Positions 1-10,037 of a DNA stretch of 64,000 nt are shown in pieces. A program made the position numbers and the translations under genes. The DNA comes from Candidatus Latescibacterota bacterium (GTDB lineage: Bacteria > Latescibacterota > UBA2968 > UBA8231): assembly GCA_965197905.1 (NCBI GenBank), contig CBDAOB010000005.1, positions 2,613,161-2,677,160 of the forward strand, read 5' to 3'. Below the pieces are notes generated by a model. That model was not told the origin of the DNA, did no database searches, and saw nothing but the letters and a program-made list of their open reading frames with translations. Within the stretch, counting starts at the first letter, position 1. Every line of letters starts with the position of its first letter.

Positions 1-1518
1 TCGTCCAAAATTTTAGTCATTAGCCGCATTCCTGCTTCTTTGTCTCCGTCGGCAGCTTCGTAAAGTTGCCCAATTCCAGTCTTCCCCCGCACTACGTAGA
101 AACGCATGAAGTTGGCGGCAAACCGGAAACTGGGCGATGCCATGGGCATACCGTTGTAGACCGTTCGCTCGCCATCATGCGCCGACCCATCGTTGATCGT
201 TCCCCTCCGGGCCCAATAGTTCAGGCTATACCCGTGGTCCCACCAAGCCCATATTATGGCGTCCCCAGGCGTGCTCGCGGAAATTTGATCCATGGCAGCC
301 ACGTAGTACCCGAGTTCCTTAGGTTGGAGAACCTGACGCATGTCGTGACGGATCAACGGCCACAAAAGAACCCCGCCGATGATTGGAGCGACAAAAGCAA
401 GCTTCCTCCGGTCCTTGCACCGGCGCCAAATCTCATTCAGGAGAAATCCGATTCCCAGACCAATCACCGGAACCAGGAAGATGAGGAACCGCATTGCCAA
501 GATGGAAAGCGCTCCGAGTGACAGCAATACGAGGAGCAACAGAAAGTCACGACGGTGACGGGCGGCGCACCATATGAGACCCGCTACCGCGATTACAAAA
601 TGGAACCAACCGTGCGCGGCTAGGTCGACGATAGCACGAAGATTTGCCCCTTCCTGTTCGAGCACCGACACCCCTATGTTCGGAAACGCTTCCCTCTTTG
701 CCTCGACGATGTACCCCAACGACGCGGCGATCGATTGTAGAAACAGCGCAGGCAGATCGAACCCTAGCGTAGCCAGTGCGATCATTGCTGCGCAGCCGCA
801 AGCGCCCGAGAAAAATCAAACCTTCCCGGCGTTTGGGGCGATAGTGGAGGACCAATGACAATACAAGTGCCATCGCGGAGATAGCGACGACAGCATGCTC
901 GGCTTGATCCCACCACCAGATGAACAATCCTGCACTGGTTATTGCGGCGCAGAAATAGGCGTAACGCCGAACTGAGGTCTCCACGGCGAAGCGTAGAAGG
1001 AAATACAGAATCAGCAAAGTCCATGTTACGTTCAGACAATCGGTGTCAAACCAACCGAAACCGGTCCTGTAAGCGTACAAAGGGGAAAATACGGCAAACA
1101 ACCCAGCCGTGACTCCTATCGATGTGCCGCCGTAAAACCGGCCCAGAGCGAAAAGTGGCACGGCGATGAAGGACCCGAGCACGGTCGGTAGAACCGCGGC
1201 AATCCAGGGCATGGAAAAGGGCGTCGCGACATTGAGAAGGGCGGCGATGCAGGAAAGCAATGGGGGCACGACAGGTCGCGGCGCGAAATCGGGAACAGCC
1301 CGATGTGTATCCACCGGAGAATAGGTACCCTCCACGAGATCCCGCGCCAGGCTCATATAGAAGGGAGCGTCGAACGTGGTCAGCATCGGCTCTCCGTCGT
1401 GAAAATAGATTTCCGGATGCTTTTTCCACTCGTGGATATCCGCCAGCCGAGTGCCAGCCCCGCACGAGACGATGGCCAGTAGTACCAGGACGTGTTTCCA
1501 GAACCGGCTGGTACTCAC
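1..1518 (-). CDS. pglB: PglB/STT3-family oligosaccharyltransferase; runs off the window start; +1 frameshift near 805-815
   Basis: ORF 547..1518 has STT3 N-terminal motifs (TFDAPFY; YRTGFGWFDTD). Shifting frame at ~807 gives FPNIGVSVLEQ, hydrophobic helices with 'AMRFLIF', then AIIWAWWDHGYSLNYWARRGTINDGSAH (~175-260) and AANFMRFY. This matches the WWDxG catalytic-domain motif. Confidence 0.85.
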
Positions 1519-2304
1519 TTACCAGGCCGTCCAGCCACCGTCGATCGGCACGATGGCTCCGTTGACGTAAGCGCTCGCTTGAGAAGCCAGAAACAACAGA
1601 GCTGTGGCCAACTCGGTTGGACGTCCGAACCGGTGCTGTGGTGTCAGCGAGCCAAGAGTGGTGTTTGCTTTCCTGTTGGCCAGCAGCGAGCTGGTCATCT
1701 CCGTTTCGAAGTAACCCGGTGCGATGGCGTTCGAGGTGATTCCAAACTCCGCCCACTCCACCGCCTGAGATCTCGTGAGCCCGATCAAGGCATGCTTGCT
1801 TACGGTATAAGCGCCTAAGCCGTCGATCGGGGCGGCGCTCATCCCGTGCACCGACGCGATGTTGATGATGCGCCCTGAACCTGTTTCTGAGAGGAGCGGG
1901 AAGAGAGCTTTGGCCAACAACCATTGGGATGTGACGTTAAGATCGACTACGTCGTTGAACCTAGATTCCTGCATTTCTTCCAATCTAGCCCGGTCGGCGA
2001 TTCCCGCATTCGCCACCAGAATGTCGCAGCCGCTGAGACGGGCGGTCGCGCACTCGGCGACACGAGCGATTTCTCCCCGATCGGAGAGATCGGCGGTGAA
2101 GGTAAAAACACGCCCCTCGAACTCTTCCAGCTCGGCAGCGAGCATCTCGAGTCGTTCGGACCTCCGGGCTACGATCAACGTGTCCGCGCCGGCACTGACC
2201 AGTGCTCTCGCCATTTCCCGCCCGAGTCCGCTGGACGCTCCGGTGACGATCGCTTTACGTCCCTTGCATCCGAAAAGGGAGTAGAGGTAATCCGCACTAT
2301 TCAT
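1519..2304 (-). CDS. SDR-family NAD(P)-dependent oxidoreductase
   Basis: TGASSGLG Rossmann motif, NAG, YTVSK catalytic YxxxK, C-terminal DGG; 261 aa. Confidence 0.93.
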   Translation of the reverse strand: MNSADYLYSLFGCKGRKAIVTGASSGLGREMARALVSAGADTLIVARRSERLEMLAAELEEFEGRVFTFTADLSDRGEIARVAECATARLSGCDILVANAGIADRARLEEMQESRFNDVVDLNVTSQWLLAKALFPLLSETGSGRIINIASVHGMSAAPIDGLGAYTVSKHALIGLTRSQAVEWAEFGITSNAIAPGYFETEMTSSLLANRKANTTLGSLTPQHRFGRPTELATALLFLASQASAYVNGAIVPIDGGWTAW

Positions 2305-2318
2305 TAGAGCTGTCGGTG

Positions 2319-3620
2319 TCAGACGGGCGCCCTGAACCGAGCGAAATGGATCTGATCATCTAGCAGTGTCAAAGCGGTGAAGCTCTGGATGTCGGTGCGG
2401 GTTGAATCGAGATGGGCAACCGCGTTGCGGAGAAATCGCCATTGCCCCTCACTGGATGGACCCCGGTTCTGGAGTTTCCGATTGAACGCGACGATCTCGT
2501 CCTCTGGCTTGTCCAATCGCGCTCCGAGCCAATCAGCTACCGATTCGTCCGTATCTCCGTTGTCCAGCCCTGTAAGAAACTCATCCTGAGTGAGACCGAG
2601 AAACTCCAGTACGGCCCGGTCGATGCCCGACTCGTCGCCGAACCAGTACCCGCCCAAGGCATCGGACCGGACGGCCCTGGCCTTGTCGATCATCCGTGCG
2701 AGTCCGGTCAGACCTCCCACCTCGGTATCATATGGACTTCTGGGCGGCCGGCGATTCAGGTCCACGATCCCAAAGTTATTCTGGTCATCATAATCGATCA
2801 GATCAAACACGCGATCGATCTCGACCCGCTCCGGACACAGTCGGGACCGCAGCAGGTTCAATCGCTCTCGACCCTGCCCGGATAATCCGAAACGGGTGCG
2901 TTCCGCATTGAAGATCGAAATCTCCGTCGCTGTTCGCCGCGTTTGCGAGCGCACCCATTCTCCCAGCTCACCATCGTTCGGGTTCTCGTAGGCAGCCTCG
3001 GTAAATGTCTCGACTTCGATTCCGAGAAATTCCATGGCGCGGCGATCGAAGCCTGAGTTCTCGCCGTACTTGTAGTCACCGATCTTGCCGACTTTGAAGG
3101 CACGGGCCTTGTCAGACATCCTGGCAAGGGTTACAACTCCTGCGACGGAACGCAGATAAGGGCTGCGGGGAGGACGCCGCGTCAGATCGCGATCGCGGAA
3201 GGACCCCCAATCATCGAGCTCGATGGATTGCAGCACCGTCGTGATCTCGGTGCTCCCCGGCGCATACTTGGCCACCCGCTCCTGTAGCAATCGGCGATGC
3301 AGATCATCCTGGGGCTCGAGCTCGAAGTATCCCCGATTGAACGATGCGATCTCCTCAGGCGACCTCTGTAACCGTTTCGTGATTTCAGACTCAAGCGCCT
3401 CCTCATCCAGATCGGAGGCGAGATCGGCGAACTCGTCGGCTTGCATTCCGATAAATGCCAATACGTTGGCATCGAGCCCGGAGTTCGCTCCGTATTTGTA
3501 CTCGCCGAGCGTCTCGTCGCGCTCTGCCCCGGCTTTGTCAGTCAGTCTCGCGAGGCCGACTATCCCTGCCATGCTCGTGTTGGTTGGCCTCCGAGGCGGT
3601 TGTTTCGAAAGGTCCATCAT
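2319..3620 (-). CDS. Protein of three tandem DUF5069-like domains
   Basis: Three ~140 aa repeats with DLxxxPPRxP...GxxxLARxxDKAxA...GxYxxGxxSGxD..LxFxG. The family name is recalled from the motif, not searched. Confidence 0.75.
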   Translation of the reverse strand: MMDLSKQPPRRPTNTSMAGIVGLARLTDKAGAERDETLGEYKYGANSGLDANVLAFIGMQADEFADLASDLDEEALESEITKRLQRSPEEIASFNRGYFELEPQDDLHRRLLQERVAKYAPGSTEITTVLQSIELDDWGSFRDRDLTRRPPRSPYLRSVAGVVTLARMSDKARAFKVGKIGDYKYGENSGFDRRAMEFLGIEVETFTEAAYENPNDGELGEWVRSQTRRTATEISIFNAERTRFGLSGQGRERLNLLRSRLCPERVEIDRVFDLIDYDDQNNFGIVDLNRRPPRSPYDTEVGGLTGLARMIDKARAVRSDALGGYWFGDESGIDRAVLEFLGLTQDEFLTGLDNGDTDESVADWLGARLDKPEDEIVAFNRKLQNRGPSSEGQWRFLRNAVAHLDSTRTDIQSFTALTLLDDQIHFARFRAPV

Positions 3621-3727
3621 CAACTCCGTGAGGTTAATCGTGGGGAATTTTGTAAGCTAAATCAGACTAATTGCGCCCACAACCGGCCGATTGACGACGA
3701 CGTGGACGGCCGATATTTTTGCTGCCC

Positions 3728-4537
3728 ATGCCCGAACTCCCCGAAGTCGAGACCGTTCGCTCTGCAATGGCCCGGCATCTGATAGGCCGCACGATCATCT
3801 CTGTCGACTTCTCTGGAAAGCCCCTTCGCGAACCACTGCCCGAAGACCGCCTTTTGGAGCTCGCAGGGCGGCGGTTTTTACAGGCGCGCCGGCGCGCCAA
3901 ATACCTGATCTTATCGCTGGACGATGGAAGCTCCCTCCTGATTCACCTTGGGATGAGCGGGAATCTGCTTTTCAGGGACGTAGGCGAGTTGCACGATCAC
4001 GCGGTCTTCTATCTGGATCGCGGCCCGACGCTCGTTTTCAACGATCCCCGTCGTTTCGGCCTGCTGCTGGTGCTAAAGCCGGGCGAAGAAATCTCCTGCC
4101 CTTACCTATGCGATCTAGGGGTCGAACCACTGCAAGCGGAATTCGATAGCGACTATCTACACTCGTTCTGCAAGCATAGATCGCGCCCCATCAAGAACCT
4201 GATCATGGATAGCAGGATTGTTGCCGGGGTCGGCAATATTTATGCCAGCGAAGCGCTATTCCGGGCTGGCATAAGACCGACGATACAGGGCAAACGATTG
4301 AGTCGGCGGCGCGTCGAGTTGCTGGTGGACGAGATCAAACAGGTTCTTGCGGAGGCGATCGAAGCGGGAGGTACGACTGTAAACGATTACAAAGGATCCG
4401 GACAGGGAGGACGATTCCAGCAGCAACTGGCGGTCTACGGAAGGGCCGACGAAAACTGCCTGGTTTGCGATAGCCCCATACAGAATCGAGTTCTGGCCGG
4501 CCGCAGCAGTTTCTATTGCACAACCTGCCAGAAATAG
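3728..4537 (+). CDS. mutM: Formamidopyrimidine-DNA glycosylase (Fpg)
   Basis: N-terminal MPELPEVE, HLGMSG, DPRRFG, GVGNIYASEALF, C-terminal zinc finger CxxC...CxxCQ. Confidence 0.97.
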   Translation: MPELPEVETVRSAMARHLIGRTIISVDFSGKPLREPLPEDRLLELAGRRFLQARRRAKYLILSLDDGSSLLIHLGMSGNLLFRDVGELHDHAVFYLDRGPTLVFNDPRRFGLLLVLKPGEEISCPYLCDLGVEPLQAEFDSDYLHSFCKHRSRPIKNLIMDSRIVAGVGNIYASEALFRAGIRPTIQGKRLSRRRVELLVDEIKQVLAEAIEAGGTTVNDYKGSGQGGRFQQQLAVYGRADENCLVCDSPIQNRVLAGRSSFYCTTCQK

Positions 4538-4552
4538 AGACGTACCTCGGGG

Positions 4553-5152
4553 CTATTTTCCGTTTCTTGAGGGGGCCGTGGTGGTGATTATGTCGTCGAT
4601 CAGCCCGTACTCTTTTGCTTCCTCGGCAGACATGAAGAAGTCGCGGTCGGTGTCATTGGAGATCTTGTCGATCTCCTGCCCGGTGTGCTCGGCGTAGATT
4701 TCGTTAATTTCGTCCCGCAGGCGTACGATCTCTTTCGCCCGAATATCGAGATCCGTAGAAGTGCCGGTCACCGTTCCCATGATCAGCGGTTGGTGAATCA
4801 TGATGCGGGCGTGCGGCCAGGCGAAGCGGCGATTCTTTTCGCCGGCTGCAAGAAGCACCGATCCCATACTGGCTGCCATGCCCATACAGATGGTGGAAAC
4901 AGGCGACCGAATCGCCTGCATGGCGTCGTATACCGCCATTCCGTCCGAGGCCGAACCGCCGGGGCTGTTGATGTAAAACATGATTTCCTTGCCGGCGTCT
5001 TCAGTTTCCAGAGCGAGGAGCCTGGTGACGACCGCCTTGGCCGACTCGTCGTTTACGTCCGACCACAGAAAAATCTTGCGCTCCCTGAAGAGGGTCATCT
5101 CCAGATTTTTTTCTTGCAGATTCTTGAGTAGGTCTTCTTGCTCCTCGGCCAT
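4553..5152 (-). CDS. clpP: ATP-dependent Clp protease proteolytic subunit
   Basis: YINSPGG, AASMGS (catalytic Ser), MIHQP (His), DRDFFMSAEEAKEYGLID. Confidence 0.97.
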   Translation of the reverse strand: MAEEQEDLLKNLQEKNLEMTLFRERKIFLWSDVNDESAKAVVTRLLALETEDAGKEIMFYINSPGGSASDGMAVYDAMQAIRSPVSTICMGMAASMGSVLLAAGEKNRRFAWPHARIMIHQPLIMGTVTGTSTDLDIRAKEIVRLRDEINEIYAEHTGQEIDKISNDTDRDFFMSAEEAKEYGLIDDIITTTAPSRNGK

Positions 5153-5181
5153 CGTTTCGCTCCCGTTAGGTAGATAGAGTT

Positions 5182-6714
5182 TTGAATATACTTGGAGCCA
5201 TTGGGGCCGTCAATCGAAGTCGCGTCCTATTGTTGACGGCGCTTCTGATTCACGCTTTGGTGAAACTTTGGTTCGTAGCGGGTGTGGAGTTGGGCAAGGA
5301 TGAAGCGGCGTATTGGTACTGGAGTCAGCACCCGGATGCGTCCTACGCACTGATTCCGTTGGCAGCAATAAAGCTCCTGAATCTCCTGCTTCCCGGCAGC
5401 GAATCGATGCTGCGCCTCGGGTCGGTTCTGATGGGCAGCGGATCGGTGCTCCTGGTCTACCTTCTTGGCAGAAGATCAGAGTTGGACGCGAAGCATTGTA
5501 TGTGGGGGGCAACGGTGTTTGCCACCTGCCATTGGACATGGCATACCAGCTCTTTTTTGCATCCCGACGGGTTCCTCATTTTTTTCTGGTTGCTTACCCT
5601 AGAAAGGACGATTGCCTGGCGCCGCCACCTGACGATACCACGCCTGGCTGCGATCGGATTGCTGGCAGGCATGGCCGTTCTGTGCAAGTATTCAGGTTCG
5701 TTCCTCGCCGGTGGCCTGTTCCTTTGGCTCCTCCTCGCCCACGGTCCCAGGCACTTCGGAGTCGCGTTGCTTCCTTTCCTGCTTGCGGTTTCTCCCCTGG
5801 CCGTCGTGCAGATAGAGACCCTCTTTCACCTCCCCAGAACGCTCAGCACCCTGTCGCAGATCGCACCGGACAGCAATCCTGCGATTCAAGTTTTGATCTT
5901 TCTGGTCAGTCCGATCTTTTTCGTCTCGCCGTTGTTATTGTGGATGCTGTACCGATCTCTATTGCATGCGGGACAGGAGTTGCGACGAAACCTAGATCGC
6001 GATCTGGCTTTGTTTGTGCTCCCAGCCCTTTGTTTGGTTGGCGCCTTCGCCTTCTTCGCGCTCTATCGCGGACAGATCAAGGGAAACTGGATCCTTCCTG
6101 CCTTCCTCGCGTTGTGGCCGTTCGCTTTTGATCCTCGCACCTACCTCGGCGGCATCGGCCCTACGTTCCTGCGATCGACCCTGGCTACGAGCATGCTACA
6201 GACCCTGCTGATCGCAGTTTTGCTCAAGTTTCCGGCACTGGCTGCGGCGATCGCTGAGACCGATACCCTGGCAGGCCTGAACAACAGCTATAGAGAGCTT
6301 GTGTCGGCGTCGGACCAAAGGCGCGAGAGCTCGCGGTCGTGGACCGAGCGCGTCTGCGAGTACCACGGATGGGAGGACTGGGTCGAGAGAATGGAGGCGG
6401 TCGCTTCTCGCAGCGGTCTCAACGGTGTTCCGCTGGTCAGCCATCAGTACGCGGTGACCTTTGGGGTTGCGTTTTACACCAATACGAACCGGGAGGTATT
6501 TACGGTCGCCGACCCGCGTTTTCGCGATACCAGCGATCTGTTTCACCAACGGAAGGAAGAAACGTCGCCTATCCTCTTCGTGGCGAGGGTGGATGCCCCC
6601 ATACCACACATTCTCGATGCGAATTATCCCATTCAGCACCGACTCGTCGAGGTTGCACGGCGGTCTGAAGGCTGCTCGTCAGAGTATTACAGCCTGGTGC
6701 TGCTCAGCAGATGA
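5182..6714 (+). CDS. ArnT/PMT_2-like GT-C membrane glycosyltransferase
   Basis: DEAAYWYWSQH motif after TM1, 'LAGMAVLCKYSG', many TM helices, soluble C-terminal domain. Confidence 0.8.
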   Translation: MNILGAIGAVNRSRVLLLTALLIHALVKLWFVAGVELGKDEAAYWYWSQHPDASYALIPLAAIKLLNLLLPGSESMLRLGSVLMGSGSVLLVYLLGRRSELDAKHCMWGATVFATCHWTWHTSSFLHPDGFLIFFWLLTLERTIAWRRHLTIPRLAAIGLLAGMAVLCKYSGSFLAGGLFLWLLLAHGPRHFGVALLPFLLAVSPLAVVQIETLFHLPRTLSTLSQIAPDSNPAIQVLIFLVSPIFFVSPLLLWMLYRSLLHAGQELRRNLDRDLALFVLPALCLVGAFAFFALYRGQIKGNWILPAFLALWPFAFDPRTYLGGIGPTFLRSTLATSMLQTLLIAVLLKFPALAAAIAETDTLAGLNNSYRELVSASDQRRESSRSWTERVCEYHGWEDWVERMEAVASRSGLNGVPLVSHQYAVTFGVAFYTNTNREVFTVADPRFRDTSDLFHQRKEETSPILFVARVDAPIPHILDANYPIQHRLVEVARRSEGCSSEYYSLVLLSR

Positions 6715-6723
6715 CGGGAGAGG

Positions 6724-9700
6724 TTAGCCAGCCGGCTCATCGACCGCGGCAGAGGCCGGAGGCGATGCGGAAGCGGTAATTGCGACGCGGCGCGCGAGAA
6801 TGCGAAGGTCGTCGAAGAAGGTGTAGCAAAGCGGAACGATAACCAGCGTCAACACCGTCGATGCCAGCAGGCCACCAATCATGGTGCGCCCAAGTGGGGC
6901 GTACGGCATGCCTATCATTTTTGCGTTTCCCGCCGCCATGGGGATCAAGCCGCAAACAGTAGTGAACGTGGTCATCAGGATCGGTCGGAAACGATGCCTA
7001 CCGGCTTCCAGCAGGGCATCGAAACGCGTGACCCCGTCTGCACGCAACCGATTGGCAAGATCTATGAGCACGATGGCGTTGTTGACCACGACGCCAATCA
7101 GAATCACCGTGCCGATTACCGCCAGGAACTCGTAGTTGGTGTCGGTCAAATACAAGGTCCAGAATACGCCGAGGAAGGAGAACGGTATTGCCACGATCAC
7201 CGAAAGGGGAAGGACGAACGACTCGAATAGCACTCCCATCAATAGAAAAACGAATATTACCGCCATGATAACAGCGAACTTCTGGGAGCGATCCGTTTCC
7301 TCCATGCGCAGATATCGGGCCCCTTTGTCCCAGCGATAACCACGGGGCAGCTCGAACCCGTCCATAGCGCTGTCCATCTGCTCAAACAGCGACTTCGCAT
7401 CATCCTTGTCCGCAGTCGCCGTTATTCGAAGCACCGTTTGCCGATTCTCGCGCCTGATGTTGTTCAGAGTGCGGCTGACGTAGAATGTTCCCAGCGCTTC
7501 GAGAGGTATTTCGCCGTCCGCGGCGGTGGTGAAGGTAAGCTTTCTCAACTGTTCAATGCTCTCCCGGTCCCCTTCCTCCGCCCACATGCGAATATTTAGC
7601 TCTCTTCCCTCTTCCGCCGCTTGAAAGGTGCTCACGACCGTCCCCTCCATGCGGTACGCAATGCTGCCCGAAATGGCCCGGGGATCGAGGCCGTGCAGGC
7701 GAATCTGGTCGTAATCCAGTCGGATCTGCACCTCTTGACTTCCCCTCTCGATGTCGGTTTGGACCGAAAGAAACCCAGGGACGTCGGCCAAACGTCGCTC
7801 AACTTCTGACGCCAGGCCGACCAGCGTCTCGGTGTTTTCCCCGTAGAGGTTCAGATTCACCGAGGCCTCCTGTCCAGCCTCTTCGCGGTCGATGCGCAGG
7901 ATCATTCCAGGTTCCAGTGGCAGGCGCTTCTTAATATCTGCGGAGATTTCCTTGTAGGTAAGGAATTCCTTCTCCTTGAAACCAAATCTTATCGCCAGAT
8001 TGTCTAACGCGACGCGATACCAATCCAACGATTCTTCCTCCTTGAAGAGAAGCTCGAACGTGGCGTGACCCGTGCGGTACCAGGTCCTCACTGCCTTTAC
8101 GTGGTATTCGTAGATGTGGTTGATCAGGGTGTCCTCGACCGTGGCGACAAATCGATCGGCCTGCGATTGGGTCTGTCCGGTGGGCATCTCGACTTCCAAT
8201 CGCAGCCGACGCGAGTTGCCCTGTCCTTCGTCCGTCTTCTTCATCCCGGCCAACGGTAGCTGGATGCTCGCCATGGCAAGGAGCATGACGATGAGGGTGT
8301 CGAGTCGATGATGGAGAACCCACTTCAGAGAACGCAGATACCTCTCCTGCAGCCAGGCCAAGAAACGGGAATCTGCTTTTCCTTCTTGGACGGGAAGCCG
8401 CTGGGCAGCCACGGGGATGAAGATCATGGCTATGATCAGGGAAGCGACCAGTCCCACTATTACCGGCATACCTATACGAATCATCCAAAACGAAAAACGT
8501 TCGTCATCGCTCATCAGCATGAGGGGCAGGAAAACAACAACCGTAGTCAACGTGGCCATGGTAACGGCGAGGCTGACTTCCCCGGTGCCCTCGACGGAAG
8601 CGTTGCGCGGATTCGCCCCTGACTGGCGCTTGCGGTAGATGTTCTCGACGATCACGATGGCATTGTCGACGACGAGGCCGAGGCTGAGCATGAGTCCCAT
8701 CATGGTGGCCAGATTCAAGGACCATCCGACGAAATAGAGCGCCGTTACGGTAACCAGAATAGACAGAGGTATGGCGAGGGTGATGATGAGGGTCATGCGC
8801 AGCGCGCGCAGGAAAAAAAGCAGCACCAGCGCGGCAAAAAGGCCACCCCAGAGTCCAGAAGTCTTCAGGTTATCTACCGACTCTCGCACATGTTTCCCTT
8901 GATCCCAAAACACCTCGACATCGATGCCCTGCAATTCGGGTCGCGCCAGCACGCGGTCCAGCGTCTCGTGCACCTGGCGAGTGACCTGTACCAGATTGGC
9001 TCCTGAAGTGCGCCAGATGCCGATACCGAGGGACTGATTGCCGTTGACGTGATGCGTCCACGAGCTTCTGACCCGGCCCAGTTCGATCTTGGCGATATCG
9101 GCCAGCCGCAGATTGTGCTGCGCGTCGACGACGGTTTCCCGAATCTGATCAACGGATTCGAACCTTCCGGCAGAGCGCACCATCAGTCTGCGTCCCCCTT
9201 CGCGAACCTGCCCCCCGGAAAGGGCGAAGTTCTGGCTGCGCAGGTTTCGCACAACCGTAAAGAGATCGATCCCGTGCCCTCTGACTCGATCTTCATCGAT
9301 CTCGATCAGCACCTCGGGCCGGCCGTCACCCCACACCTCAACCTGTCCGACACCATCCAATCGCTGGAGTGCAGGCTGCACGTAGTTTTCCATCAGAAAA
9401 ATCGGATCGATGATGCCCGTGTCGAAGGTGACACCCATCCACATGATAGGACTGTCGTTGGCATCCCAGTGACGGGCGCGCACCTGCTCCACGGCTTCTG
9501 GGAGTTCCGGCCGCACTCGATCGAGGCGATCCCGAACCTCGGCATACACCTGATCCATGTCCGTTCCGGGTAGAAACTCAATAGTGACTGACGCGCCGCC
9601 CCGGTCGCTACTCGCCTGGATCTGCTTAACCCGGCTTACAGTGGCGAGGGCTTCCTCGATAGGCAGCGTTACCTTGCGCTCGACCTCGATCGGTGTAGCG

Positions 9701-9879
9701 TTGGGATAACTCACCCATATGAATAAGCGATCGGACTCGATTCCTTCGGGAATGAGATTTAGCGGGATCCGGCTGTAGGCGATGTACCCCACCACCAAAG
9801 CGGCAACCAGAAGCATCACCACAGAGACCGGACGATCAACGGAGATTCGTGGAAGGAGATACTTGCGCGATTCGGACAT
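6724..9879 (-). CDS. RND efflux permease (AcrB/AcrD/AcrF family)
   Basis: 1051 aa; RPVSV..; GLVVDNAIVIVENI; GVVVNNAIVLID; RFRPILMTT. Confidence 0.96.
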   Translation of the reverse strand: MSESRKYLLPRISVDRPVSVVMLLVAALVVGYIAYSRIPLNLIPEGIESDRLFIWVSYPNATPIEVERKVTLPIEEALATVSRVKQIQASSDRGGASVTIEFLPGTDMDQVYAEVRDRLDRVRPELPEAVEQVRARHWDANDSPIMWMGVTFDTGIIDPIFLMENYVQPALQRLDGVGQVEVWGDGRPEVLIEIDEDRVRGHGIDLFTVVRNLRSQNFALSGGQVREGGRRLMVRSAGRFESVDQIRETVVDAQHNLRLADIAKIELGRVRSSWTHHVNGNQSLGIGIWRTSGANLVQVTRQVHETLDRVLARPELQGIDVEVFWDQGKHVRESVDNLKTSGLWGGLFAALVLLFFLRALRMTLIITLAIPLSILVTVTALYFVGWSLNLATMMGLMLSLGLVVDNAIVIVENIYRKRQSGANPRNASVEGTGEVSLAVTMATLTTVVVFLPLMLMSDDERFSFWMIRIGMPVIVGLVASLIIAMIFIPVAAQRLPVQEGKADSRFLAWLQERYLRSLKWVLHHRLDTLIVMLLAMASIQLPLAGMKKTDEGQGNSRRLRLEVEMPTGQTQSQADRFVATVEDTLINHIYEYHVKAVRTWYRTGHATFELLFKEEESLDWYRVALDNLAIRFGFKEKEFLTYKEISADIKKRLPLEPGMILRIDREEAGQEASVNLNLYGENTETLVGLASEVERRLADVPGFLSVQTDIERGSQEVQIRLDYDQIRLHGLDPRAISGSIAYRMEGTVVSTFQAAEEGRELNIRMWAEEGDRESIEQLRKLTFTTAADGEIPLEALGTFYVSRTLNNIRRENRQTVLRITATADKDDAKSLFEQMDSAMDGFELPRGYRWDKGARYLRMEETDRSQKFAVIMAVIFVFLLMGVLFESFVLPLSVIVAIPFSFLGVFWTLYLTDTNYEFLAVIGTVILIGVVVNNAIVLIDLANRLRADGVTRFDALLEAGRHRFRPILMTTFTTVCGLIPMAAGNAKMIGMPYAPLGRTMIGGLLASTVLTLVIVPLCYTFFDDLRILARRVAITASASPPASAAVDEPAG

Positions 9880-10037
9880 TGCTGGGTAAAGACCGGCTCC
9901 GCTGTGGTCTCAATCAGATGGTTCAGCGTCGATGGGCGCCGGGGCATGAGCCGCGGATTACATCGCAACAGTTGAACGGAGAATCTACGAATGATTTCGC
10001 TTGAGAGCAGTACGCCGGTCGGTGGGGTTCTGCGGCG

